Shown one piece after another: positions 29,301 to 37,469 of a stretch of DNA of 64,000 nt; positions within the stretch are counted from its first letter, which is position 1; every line of letters starts with the position of its first letter. The notes beneath the pieces were generated by a model that saw only the letters and a list, made by a program, of their open reading frames with translations, did no database searches and had not been told where the DNA came from. The position numbers and the translations under genes were made by a program. This stretch comes from an uncultured Duncaniella sp. (GTDB taxonomy: Bacteria; Bacteroidota; Bacteroidia; Bacteroidales; Muribaculaceae), in contig CAJTQR010000004.1 in assembly GCA_910578515.1 (NCBI GenBank), forward strand, positions 7,268 through 71,267. The letters run 5' to 3'.

Positions 29301-29815
29301 TAATACTCATCGGAGGGGAGGCGCATACGAAATTTCAATTCTCCTGCGGCATCATCCTCCAAATCTGCCTCGTCGGGGTCGAGACGGTTGTCGCTGAGGC
29401 TATAGGAGATGGTTGACTCGTCAATATGAAACTCATCAGCGGTGAAATCGATTTCCGGGTCTGCCACTGATGGCAGCTGACCGTCAGTCCCCGGCACAGG
29501 CACCTGATAACGCACTTTCAGGTTACCGGCTTTGTCGTAAATTACAAGCCAGAAAGTGTTGATATTCTGAATCAGTTCCCCCTCATCGCCACCTTCATAT
29601 TCCACCCCCTGCTCTGTGATGGCACGGGAGTTGATGTTGACACTCCTCTCGGCGGTAAAGGCGATTGACACATTGATATCCACCGGAGTGCCATCCATCT
29701 CTCCGACAGGACAGTCTATCTCATCCTTGCATGAGGTCAGAAGCGTCATCCCTGCAAGTACGAGAAGATATGATATGGAGCGGAACGCTCCTAATATTTT
29801 CAGGAAACTTTTCAT
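26351..29815 (-). CDS. very large fimbrial tip/adhesin-like lipoprotein (1154 aa)
   Basis: The ORF-track first codon is GTG; ATG at 29815. Signal plus lipobox (MTLLTSCKDE). Last gene of the Mfa-like operon. No domain recognised by eye. Confidence 0.6.
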   Translation of the reverse strand: MKSFLKILGAFRSISYLLVLAGMTLLTSCKDEIDCPVGEMDGTPVDINVSIAFTAERSVNINSRAITEQGVEYEGGDEGELIQNINTFWLVIYDKAGNLKVRYQVPVPGTDGQLPSVADPEIDFTADEFHIDESTISYSLSDNRLDPDEADLEDDAAGELKFRMRLPSDEYYIYGVANVDGFDKADISTRDKLKGLTFTWDKEYTARNSQMYGVFSINQPNREQTDASALQVTNKTNFLHAWLRRLASKVTVAFDGSALYDHVEVYIYDITIHDIPKQCTLGFENYPGWRDGKEPVQEQSAERYDVTDGLIRTGKTLKVQDDLTDAEKKDVRSDKYIHVCNSKHKYLGRDEVGNDSTQNDRLHSHAAKSLFFYENMQGKGKDKAQDCIEEGKISYPNPVENDLTSGWKDHKPYGSYIEVRGFYRNTSNTEYVSAGDIVYRFMLGQDVEKDYNAIRNTHYKLTLAFKGNGNDADWHIEYKEKAGLHVTSPQYISYLYNKEMNLTVKLSGDRSTLKDSYYLRAEIIGCDDDEIKYPHVSNSNDEFSKNDKLSEQTFWKPWGDGSDNYPNPMGQMDPVEPSIPLFYTGDGKTPDPLINNKPYYGPWCSFLSLKKTKVVQIPGPGSQNYSGMYDTLHSDFNDNDKGWRNFSIKPGTYTDETNGSYMVQSAKGESTSSNKVERVFSVPLFTRAKELVPASGFTGNNPYYAYPRKQRVKFYVASDEKGTKVDGIDPVYVDIIQVRRIVNPKGVWRSGDTKPEDFHVELTWLKSDDEFNTSTPFEVFNSIGPWSAEVVSGGDNIISLTSNTTGSAGLAVQSGVRRIEGASECPIDFTINFNGNKGCAIVRIRYHNYTCEHDIFCRVGYGPITIGRNNAQWETLNVYRFKGKGEAELCTSPLQEGSLFRRKSTTAILPSNNSWSNVWKAAGTLKVRELDSSTATDKVWKDFKADVSTPTWTIKNSDQRVATWNDFENLMETGNDATQNIKKAYGVLYGDGANSVAKTIGEAYGYDKTPDDKTIADTKGMRGVFVYDATTHHQIFFPIGKTGMGHRKASDSYKGETDGPGCLRYASRNKYYGEEGGKDAEAQPYLPLFQDLFRRTGAVYWTDQSDGDNTAFDINYHTMAFKSYGKDATNHGATGKDGYLSDACYLRTIYVTKK

Positions 29816-29825
29816 CACGTTTTGT

Positions 29826-31604
29826 TTACTTAAAAGGGTCCTCGATGGGAGTTTGTAGTACTATGGAGTCACCCTCCAATTTGTAATCCTTATAGTATTT
29901 TTGCTCAGGGACATACCAGTACGCCCAATTTCCGTCAGCGTCGGTAAATTTCACCAGACCGGGTATCGAAAGTTCATTTTCATTACCTTTTTCATCCGAA
30001 ACTGTCCTGGTGACAATATCGCGTGTCACCTCATGCTTCGAATTGGTGGGAGCAAAGAACTTGCACTCCGATATACTGTACCAATACCACACGTAGCTAC
30101 CCACCTCCGAGCATACCTTAGTCAATCCGGTAGCAAAATCATAGCAACTTGGAGAGTAAGGATTTACAATCTTCGTATTATGGTCGGGGGCATAGTATTC
30201 GCCCTCCTTCGAGTCGAAATAATAGAGCAGATTGAACTTGGAGTCAGTCAATAGACCATGACCGGTAACAGGGTCGAGACCGGGGAATGGATTTGCCACC
30301 GGGGTCACCTTGTCTGCTCCATAATAAATTCCGGTCTTGGCATCGTAGTAAATCACTTTTGGTATGCCATTCTCCTCTACTGTGATGGGGATATAGCGGT
30401 CAGTATCCACCTCGAGCCCGAAATCGGGTTTGAGCGAAACCTCAGCGTAGGGTACCACCTGCACCTGCACTTCACGGTCTTTGTTGAGTTCGAATTTGTA
30501 CCAGTAGTTGCGGCAGATGTCAAAGTGACCGAGGGTCCCCTTAGAGGTGTCGATTACAGATGGAGCCAAAGGGGTGGCACCGGCTTTATAATAGGCAAAG
30601 TCGATATAGCGGGTGGTGCCATCCTCATATTCTATTTTCAGACGGGCGCGGCTATCCTCTTCGCGTGGAGCGGAACCGGCTATGTTGGCATACTCCGGCA
30701 CATAGACTATATAGTGTCCGTCAGCATCCTTAACGAGCAGGAGCGGTTTGTCGATTTCTCTGTCGCCGGGATAGAGCGATGGAGCGGCGCCATAATCAAG
30801 CGCATAGTTATTCTTCACATAATCCCCCTGCGACGTCACACCCTTTGGCATAGGCATGGCATGGAGGTTGCGGCGGGTGAGTGATACCGATTTCATCTCC
30901 ACAGTGCCATCGGCAGCCCAGACCTCCACCTTGGCAAGAGAGCGCAGCAGATGCAGACGCTCCTCCAGTATGGTGCTCCAGCCGAGGCGAAGTGTCACAT
31001 TCTGATACTCGCATACACCAAACATGGCTATCTTGTCGTCAACCTTGACTACCGGTCCAGGCAGCTTCTCGGAATAGTCAATAGCCGAGGTCGCTGTTGC
31101 CATATCAAAGAGATTCTCAAGCTTAGTACCGTCGGTGAGAGTGGGATATTTGCCCCGCCAGTTTGCCATCATCACGAGCTTTATATCCTTCTCATGAATG
31201 CGGTCCTTGATTGAGGCAGGGATTTCAAATTCGAGGAGATAATATTTCGAGCCAATCCCCGATTCAAGCGGGGTGACTATCGGATTCATAGCATTGCATA
31301 TCCAGCTGTCTATATCGTTGCTGTTCTTGCTTCCGCCAAATATCGCCACGCGGAAGTCATTGTTAGCCATGTCGATATAGTTTTCATACCCCATACCGCG
31401 GTCATACTCCCCGTCGCCCGATGGTGCGCGTGAGCCGGCATTGTCGCCGGTGAGCACGTAGAGCCCGAGTATATATGTGCCGGGGTCATTGCCGTCGCCA
31501 TCGGGTGATGTGACAGGCTCATCGGCAGAGCTGCATGAGGCGAGCGCGAGCGCCGACACCATGAGCCACAGCAATGACAGGCATATATGAGATTTAATCT
31601 GCAT
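29826..31604 (-). CDS. fimbrial accessory/tip-like lipoprotein (592 aa)
   Basis: Signal plus lipobox (ALALASCSSADE). Its position after the anchor gene matches mfa3/mfa4 in Porphyromonas-type operons. Confidence 0.55.
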   Translation of the reverse strand: MQIKSHICLSLLWLMVSALALASCSSADEPVTSPDGDGNDPGTYILGLYVLTGDNAGSRAPSGDGEYDRGMGYENYIDMANNDFRVAIFGGSKNSNDIDSWICNAMNPIVTPLESGIGSKYYLLEFEIPASIKDRIHEKDIKLVMMANWRGKYPTLTDGTKLENLFDMATATSAIDYSEKLPGPVVKVDDKIAMFGVCEYQNVTLRLGWSTILEERLHLLRSLAKVEVWAADGTVEMKSVSLTRRNLHAMPMPKGVTSQGDYVKNNYALDYGAAPSLYPGDREIDKPLLLVKDADGHYIVYVPEYANIAGSAPREEDSRARLKIEYEDGTTRYIDFAYYKAGATPLAPSVIDTSKGTLGHFDICRNYWYKFELNKDREVQVQVVPYAEVSLKPDFGLEVDTDRYIPITVEENGIPKVIYYDAKTGIYYGADKVTPVANPFPGLDPVTGHGLLTDSKFNLLYYFDSKEGEYYAPDHNTKIVNPYSPSCYDFATGLTKVCSEVGSYVWYWYSISECKFFAPTNSKHEVTRDIVTRTVSDEKGNENELSIPGLVKFTDADGNWAYWYVPEQKYYKDYKLEGDSIVLQTPIEDPFK

Positions 31605-31662
31605 AGTTAAGAATTATTGTTTGCGGAGAGCTGAAAATCTGAGGGGGATAACAGTTTAGAGA

Positions 31663-32694
31663 TTAGAGAGAGGTGTTCTGAATCACAAGCTTCCAGGAAA
31701 GTATATAGATATGCGCGCTTACCCAGCGGTCTTTCTCGTCGAGGAAAAACACGAGGTCATACTTATCCTGACGGTCCAGAAATTCCTGGTCGTCCATCTG
31801 CCGGTTGTGCGAGCCTTTCACCAGGAGGGCATAATCAATCAGCGGAATGTCCACCACTGTCTTGCCATCCTTGTTGTGAATCTTCACTCGGGTATCCTGC
31901 CCTTTCACGAGGCGGCTGATGGTGTGCTCTGCCACGCATGCACTCACCGTGGTGATGGGAGCGCGGGTGCCGGCGGTGTCATCATCGCCAAATCCGGCCG
32001 AACCGGCATACTTGTGGTGGGCGTAATATGTGATGGTCTCGTCAGGAAGCAGGGAGTTGTCCCAGTCCATCGAGCCGTTGGCATCGGTGATGGTAAATGT
32101 ATAGTCATCCTTGTCGACTGTCTCGCCCGATAGGTGCTGGAGCACTATATTGACGTCGTTGGTGTCCTTGATAAGGGGCACGGTGTAGATGTAGGTGCCT
32201 TCGTCGTCAGGGAAAACCTGCGCTTCGAGATGTCCGTGGAACAGGGGCGATATATCCTCGCGGGTCATGGCATGTCCTTCGGTGGGATGATAGTCACGGC
32301 CGAGGGTGGCGGTGAGATGGGTGTGGTGGGTGGCATCGCCGGGGATGGCGAAATGGGTGCCGGCGCCCTCGCCGCACCATGCCACAAACTCGTAGGTGCC
32401 GGGAGCCACGTCGAGGTCCATCAGGTATCCATCGGCACTGAGCGCCGCGCCGCTCTCGCTCTTCTGCCACACTATGGCACCCGTCTCAGGGTCGATGAGA
32501 TAGAGGGTCACGGCTTTGACCTGCGAGGGGAATGCGTCGGCGTAGAGCATGTTGTAGTCAAACACGAACCGTGCTTTGTAGTATGGGTCGCAGTCACCTT
32601 CATATTGATATATCATAGAGTCGCATGAGCTCGTAGCGGTCACTGCGGCTATGAGGGTGAGTAGTCTGGCGGCTATATTGGCAAGTTTTTTCAT
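31663..32694 (-). CDS. FimB/Mfa2-family fimbrial anchor subunit
   Basis: The ATG at 32694 gives MKKLANIAARLLTLIAAVTATSSCDS (lipobox). SMIYQYEGDCDPYYKARFVFDYNMLYADAFPSQVKAVTLYLID matches my recall of the FimB/Mfa2 N-terminal signature. Confidence 0.75.
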   Translation of the reverse strand: MKKLANIAARLLTLIAAVTATSSCDSMIYQYEGDCDPYYKARFVFDYNMLYADAFPSQVKAVTLYLIDPETGAIVWQKSESGAALSADGYLMDLDVAPGTYEFVAWCGEGAGTHFAIPGDATHHTHLTATLGRDYHPTEGHAMTREDISPLFHGHLEAQVFPDDEGTYIYTVPLIKDTNDVNIVLQHLSGETVDKDDYTFTITDANGSMDWDNSLLPDETITYYAHHKYAGSAGFGDDDTAGTRAPITTVSACVAEHTISRLVKGQDTRVKIHNKDGKTVVDIPLIDYALLVKGSHNRQMDDQEFLDRQDKYDLVFFLDEKDRWVSAHIYILSWKLVIQNTSL

Positions 32695-32954
32695 CGGTTT
32701 TGGTTGGGTTGATGATGATTGGCTTTGTGGAGTAGAGTTTAGAGGATTTATGTTGAGGCAGAGTAGCCCGTGGGTGGTGAATCGCGGTGAGTCGCCGGGG
32801 GTAGAGAGACGAACCATCCGTGGGGGGAGTTCTGCTCGTTATTTTCGTTGTTTTGTGATGTTTTGAAGAAAGAGTTTGTGTTATGCGTAGAGGCTTTCCA
32901 TGCCTCGCGTGAGGAGATGTGGCAGGAGAGTAACGGAGAGCTGAATTGTAGAAA

Positions 32955-33007
32955 GAAAAAAATCCGGGTGCCGCTCGGCACTGAGTGCGGCAAAACCGGC
33001 ACCCGGA
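32955..33007 (-). terminator. intrinsic terminator between the stalk (mfa1-like) and anchor genes
   Basis: Minus strand: tccgggtgccg ... cggcacccgga (11-bp stem) followed immediately by tttttttc. Lies 53 nt after the mfa1-like stop. Confidence 0.75.
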
Positions 33008-33059
33008 GAAATAATAGGTTAAGTATTAAGCAATTGTGATATCTATATCCGAAATAGGA

Positions 33060-34952
33060 TTAGAGATTAACGCTCTGCTTAACAATCTTCCAAGAAAGGA
33101 TATTGATGCGGGCACCGAGATAATAAAGCTTATCATTAGGCTCGTTTGGCTTAAGAGTTTCTGTTTTATGGTCGGGGTCCCAGTATCCGTTACCTACACC
33201 TTCAAGCTTGTTGATGTCAAGCTGATACCAGTGGTTACGAACCACACCATAGTAACCTTCTTTAACCGTTGCATCAGCAGTGGCACCAAGGTGTTCGATA
33301 GGAATATAGTAAGCGGTGCGACCACCATCATAGATGATTGCGCTGTCTTTATCATCCGGCTGAACACCTGAAGCCTTAAGCTGAGACTCAAGATTAGTAA
33401 CAGCAGTTGCTTTTTCTTCATCAGTCAATTTCACATAGTGTGAATTTGAACCTTCGGGAATTTCATCTACATATTTGTAAAGTTCCAAAGCTTTGATTTC
33501 CTCAGATTTAGCATATACCTTACATGCACCTACGCGGGTTGAACCTTCGATAGGCTTAAGTTCGAAATACTGCGCACCAATCTGGTCATAGTTATAACCA
33601 TCCTCACCTTCAGTTGTAGTTTCTTTTGATGTACGGGTATAAAGATTCAGATTATTCTGAGCATCATCAATGCGGCGTAGAACATTAAGGATATAGGCAT
33701 CCTGAGTATAAAGAACACCATTGTTACCTCTCACCATATTTACAGCGTCACCATTTCCATTACGGATGATACCACGGAGAATCACGTGAGTAGCATTGAT
33801 GTCTGAATTATTGGTCTGGAATGCACGCTTGGTGTTCTCATTACAATAAGCATAATTACCTTTATTACCTGTTCCTACACTACATACAGGGTCATTTTCA
33901 TTAGTAACATAGGTCAAATTATCATTGTTAGTATCGCTATAAACCCAAGACTTAGCCCAGAATGAACGGTGGTCACTGGTTTTATTCCAATTTTCACCCC
34001 AAAGAGTGGTTCCAGTCCAGGTAAGGTCAAGATTTTTGAACATGTAGGAGTTATTGGCAGTAGCACTCAAATCCCAGCCTTCAACTTCAAGATAAAGTGT
34101 AGAGCTAAGTTCATCGTTACCTGTATTATCCTGACCGGCAACTGTCTGAGTCAATTTATACCAATTTTGCTTTCCTTCTTCATTTGATTTTGGCGCAGAA
34201 ATAAGAACTTCAACCTTTGCAGCAAGACGCTCTACATACACATCAACGGGAGATGCTTTTTTAGCATCATCAGCTGATGTTTTATAGTCAGTTGTGTTAA
34301 TTTTTGTAGCAAAATAAGTGGGAACCTTACTTGATGCAATCTCATCGGCATGGTGGTCATCCTCACCTTTATAGCTTGATGTACTCATGACAAAGTAGTT
34401 AGACTTTGTTTTCTCAGCACCCTCAACAGACGAATTATCAAGATTTGCATAATAAGTCTGAAGTTTACCAAGAGTCTCAGTCAAAGTGCCACCTTCCTTA
34501 AATGATGGAGCATTAAGAACTGTAAGCATGTAGGTAGGATATGTGGCTGATTCGGTGAGCTTATCCAACACAAGGACATTGTTGGTATTGATATACTCTA
34601 CATAATCAAGTTTAGTATCCGCGTCAAAAGGAATATCGCCTGTGGTGGGGTCTAAGGTTTTAGCTTCCAAAACGAAAGCACCCTTTTCATCGAAGAAGAA
34701 GAACTTGGCGTGACGAACTTTATGTTCATTAGTGTAGCCCTCCGCCCAAATCTTACCATCACTATCCTGATAGTCTCCTTCTGTGACAGTACGACCTGCA
34801 CTTTCAGCACTGAGGATGCGGATGCTTAGATAAGCTGCTCCGTCACCATTTGGCTGGGGATTTTGGTCAACGCCCTTTGCGGGTTCGTCGCTTGAGCAAG
34901 CGCTGAGTGAAATCAGAGCTGCGCTTGCAAGAAATGTGAATAATTTGTTCAT
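33060..34952 (-). CDS. Mfa1-family fimbria major (stalk) subunit
   Basis: Lipoprotein signal (ALISLSACSSDE), AAYLSIRILSAE early strand, RNHWYQLDINKLEGVGNG and the C-terminal ARINILSWKIVKQSVNL. Confidence 0.75.
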   Translation of the reverse strand: MNKLFTFLASAALISLSACSSDEPAKGVDQNPQPNGDGAAYLSIRILSAESAGRTVTEGDYQDSDGKIWAEGYTNEHKVRHAKFFFFDEKGAFVLEAKTLDPTTGDIPFDADTKLDYVEYINTNNVLVLDKLTESATYPTYMLTVLNAPSFKEGGTLTETLGKLQTYYANLDNSSVEGAEKTKSNYFVMSTSSYKGEDDHHADEIASSKVPTYFATKINTTDYKTSADDAKKASPVDVYVERLAAKVEVLISAPKSNEEGKQNWYKLTQTVAGQDNTGNDELSSTLYLEVEGWDLSATANNSYMFKNLDLTWTGTTLWGENWNKTSDHRSFWAKSWVYSDTNNDNLTYVTNENDPVCSVGTGNKGNYAYCNENTKRAFQTNNSDINATHVILRGIIRNGNGDAVNMVRGNNGVLYTQDAYILNVLRRIDDAQNNLNLYTRTSKETTTEGEDGYNYDQIGAQYFELKPIEGSTRVGACKVYAKSEEIKALELYKYVDEIPEGSNSHYVKLTDEEKATAVTNLESQLKASGVQPDDKDSAIIYDGGRTAYYIPIEHLGATADATVKEGYYGVVRNHWYQLDINKLEGVGNGYWDPDHKTETLKPNEPNDKLYYLGARINILSWKIVKQSVNL

Positions 34953-35100
34953 AAATAAACTATTGTGATAAATATTAATTATTAATCAAATTACTATTGT
35001 GAGGAGTGGAGTTACTATGAGTGAGAGTGTGTTACGAGGAGAGAAAAGCTTAAAAATCAAGGAGAGTTACTATTTGTGGTGTCGAATCGGAGTCGGGGGG

Positions 35101-36612
35101 TCATTTCGCAGTGTCGACCAAAATGGTCACAGGATGATAGTCTATAATCGAGCGTATATTGTCGATATAACTCTGAGCCTGCGGCAATCCGGCCTGGCGG
35201 GCTGCCTCAAACTCCCGGAGGGCGCTCTGATAGTCACCGAGCTGGGCGTCGAGCACACCGCGGGCATAGATGGCGTGGGCTGAGGAGCCGGCCTTGTAGA
35301 GATAGGCACGGGCTTTGTCGAGCTCTCCCCTCTTCATCTCTATATTGGCTGCATTCAGATTGGAGATTTCATCATTTGGATATACCTCCACAGCTTTCTC
35401 AAACACCTCGCAGTAGGCATCGCTCCCCTCAGGGTAGCTTTGGGCGAGTGTGTAGAAGTCAACGTTGCGCAGACGGGTGGGGTCTGTCTGATACACGGCA
35501 CGGATTTCCTCCACGGTGGTAAATGTGCGGATGGAATAGGTGACAGTGTAGTCCGAGTGACGCAACCATGGATATATATTCTTAAGTATCACCGCATAGT
35601 CGGCAGGATACTGGGTCTTGATAGCCTTATCGCGGGCATCGGGCTCGAGGGGGCTGTTGGCTATGGCGAGGATTTCCTGTCGGTTGGGAATCGGGAGCGA
35701 GAGTGAATCGGTGAGCCATGTGCGCAGACCCTCCCAGTCCTCAGGCTCGTATGATGAGGTGATGGTGGTGTCGGGGAATGAATAGAGGTCACGCACGTAG
35801 CGGCGCAGTGTCTCTGTACGACCCTTTGCGAGGCGCACGTTGTTGTCGTATGGACCCTCGGGCGAGGCGAAACCCTTGATGTGGACATGGGTTATGGTAG
35901 CGTCCTTGTCCTGACGCACATAGTCAATCGAGTTGATAATTTTTGCAAGCTCGCGGCGGTTTATCATGTAGTCGGGTTTCAGCTCGGTGCGGTTTACCAC
36001 GAAGGTGACGAATGCAGAGCCTTCAATCGACTTGATTACGGGTCCGGCATCGACCGGAGGCGCGAAAATAAAGTCGGTCATCACTGGCGGACGCTCGGTG
36101 TCGATGAGTGCAATGTCGGTGTTGCCGCGGCGACCTGTGCCGGGCTGATGCTCGGGGGTGTCACAGCAGTTGGCAGAAGCCACACGAAGCTCAACAAGCG
36201 ACTTGCCCATCCACGGCTCAAAGGGGATATCCTCGGAGTAGACGGCATGTCCGGTCTTGCCGGCACGATATATGTGCGAATCGGACGCCTCGGCATCGGA
36301 ATTGCGCAGATGCCAGTACCAGCGGTTGCGTCCGGCTATCACGATAGGTTCAAGCTCAATGGAGTCGGTACCCTGCTCACTGATAATCACGGGAGTGTAG
36401 ATTATTTCGCGGTCGCGCGGGAGGGAGATGGCGTTCATGTCGAAATCAAGCTTGAGGGCGAGGGTCTTTTCCTGCGGGTTCACGGCTACTTTGACGTCAT
36501 GGAGCTTTATTGGCTCGGGCACGGCTGTGGCGGCTGCTGCGGGGAGAGCTGCTGCAAGCATCAGGGCACACGATGCGATAGCTGTGGCGGGGGTGGTGTA
36601 TTTCAGTTTCAT
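35101..36612 (-). CDS. DUF3868-like protein with an OmpA-C-like segment and C-terminal TPR
   Basis: Signal peptide. HIKGFASPEGPYDNNVRLAKGRTETLRRYV is an OmpA-like peptidoglycan-binding pattern. TPR-like tail (AYCEVFEKAVEVYPND...YLYKAG...ALREFEAARQAG). Confidence 0.7.
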   Translation of the reverse strand: MKLKYTTPATAIASCALMLAAALPAAAATAVPEPIKLHDVKVAVNPQEKTLALKLDFDMNAISLPRDREIIYTPVIISEQGTDSIELEPIVIAGRNRWYWHLRNSDAEASDSHIYRAGKTGHAVYSEDIPFEPWMGKSLVELRVASANCCDTPEHQPGTGRRGNTDIALIDTERPPVMTDFIFAPPVDAGPVIKSIEGSAFVTFVVNRTELKPDYMINRRELAKIINSIDYVRQDKDATITHVHIKGFASPEGPYDNNVRLAKGRTETLRRYVRDLYSFPDTTITSSYEPEDWEGLRTWLTDSLSLPIPNRQEILAIANSPLEPDARDKAIKTQYPADYAVILKNIYPWLRHSDYTVTYSIRTFTTVEEIRAVYQTDPTRLRNVDFYTLAQSYPEGSDAYCEVFEKAVEVYPNDEISNLNAANIEMKRGELDKARAYLYKAGSSAHAIYARGVLDAQLGDYQSALREFEAARQAGLPQAQSYIDNIRSIIDYHPVTILVDTAK

Positions 36613-36641
36613 ATTTGCAGACGTGTGAGGGGTGGATGAGA

Positions 36642-37226
36642 TTAGAAGGTGTAGACAATGCTTACGGCTGCCTTGGTGGGACCGTAGTAGTTATGATGCT
36701 GGTTGGAACGGATTTTCTTACCGCAGTTGGAGCAGCGGTACACATCGTAGTGGGTATATACCCATCCTATACCGATTTCCGCCTCGAGGTTCCAGTGGCG
36801 GTCGAGAATCCAGGAGTAACCGTAGGCTATGCCGGCACCACCATACCATCCCTGATGGCGCTCGTCGGTGAGTTTCGAGAAGTCAGTGCCGAGAAACTTG
36901 ATATTGTTGTGAAGGTTACCGAAATTGTACTGACCTCCAAGGAGATGCGCTCCCACAAAGTGACCTGCGAAACGCTGGCAGAACCAATAGCGAGCCTCGG
37001 GCATCACGAGCCAGTGGCGCCAGTTGTGTTCGTTGATTGTCCATGCGTTCAGACGCCCGGTGAGTTCGGCTGTCCATTTTGGGGCAAGCCCTACCTCGGC
37101 GCTCACACTCGGTGAGAGGATAATCTCATCAAGAATGTTTGTTTTGACCGCAACATCCTGAGCCTTAGCGTTGAAACATGCCATCAGGCTACAGATAAAA
37201 ACTGTGATAATGATTTTATATTTCAT
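36642..37226 (-). CDS. DUF3575-like outer-membrane beta-barrel protein
   Basis: The ORF-track start at 37235 is TTG; ATG at 37226 (MKYKIIITVFICSLMACFNAKAQ). Aromatic-rich alternating strands ending ...VSIVYTF. Confidence 0.78.
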   Translation of the reverse strand: MKYKIIITVFICSLMACFNAKAQDVAVKTNILDEIILSPSVSAEVGLAPKWTAELTGRLNAWTINEHNWRHWLVMPEARYWFCQRFAGHFVGAHLLGGQYNFGNLHNNIKFLGTDFSKLTDERHQGWYGGAGIAYGYSWILDRHWNLEAEIGIGWVYTHYDVYRCSNCGKKIRSNQHHNYYGPTKAAVSIVYTF

Positions 37227-37459
37227 AGATATCAATCCCCTATGTATGTAAAAGGAGAATAGCAGTAAAAATAAGCTACTTATTGGTGTCTTGTTGTATT
37301 AACCGCAAAAAGGATATGAAGTATCGGCACCCCTCCTACTCAAAAGGAAAGGTGCGTAAGGGTTCAGGAGTTCTCTCCTGGGGGAACATGAGGGCTGAAG
37401 GTTGCAGCTCCCTGCCCTTCAACTTTGTGTATACAGCTGATTCCCAATCTGTTACAATT

Positions 37460-37469
37460 GGGGGGGGGG
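37460..37469. repeat. G10 homopolymer (C10 on the operon sense strand)
   Basis: Counted directly: ...caattGGGGGGGGGGtaatat... Lies in the leader between the putative promoter (37564-37571) and the first pilus gene. Confidence 0.95.

Noticed and set aside
28586-29416. 276-aa antisense ORF in the tip gene, with similar ones at 30258-30884, 32134-32628 and 35881-36639
   Set aside because: All lie opposite the high-GC portions of pilus genes that have signal peptides and family motifs. None has its own export signal, promoter box or recognisable domain.
32695-32817. 41-aa N-terminal extension of the FimB/Mfa2-like ORF (ATG at 32817)
   Set aside because: A canonical lipoprotein signal peptide begins at the internal Met (32694). 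The extension is Pro/Ser/Thr/Gln-rich and low-complexity, and it lies in the C-rich spacer.
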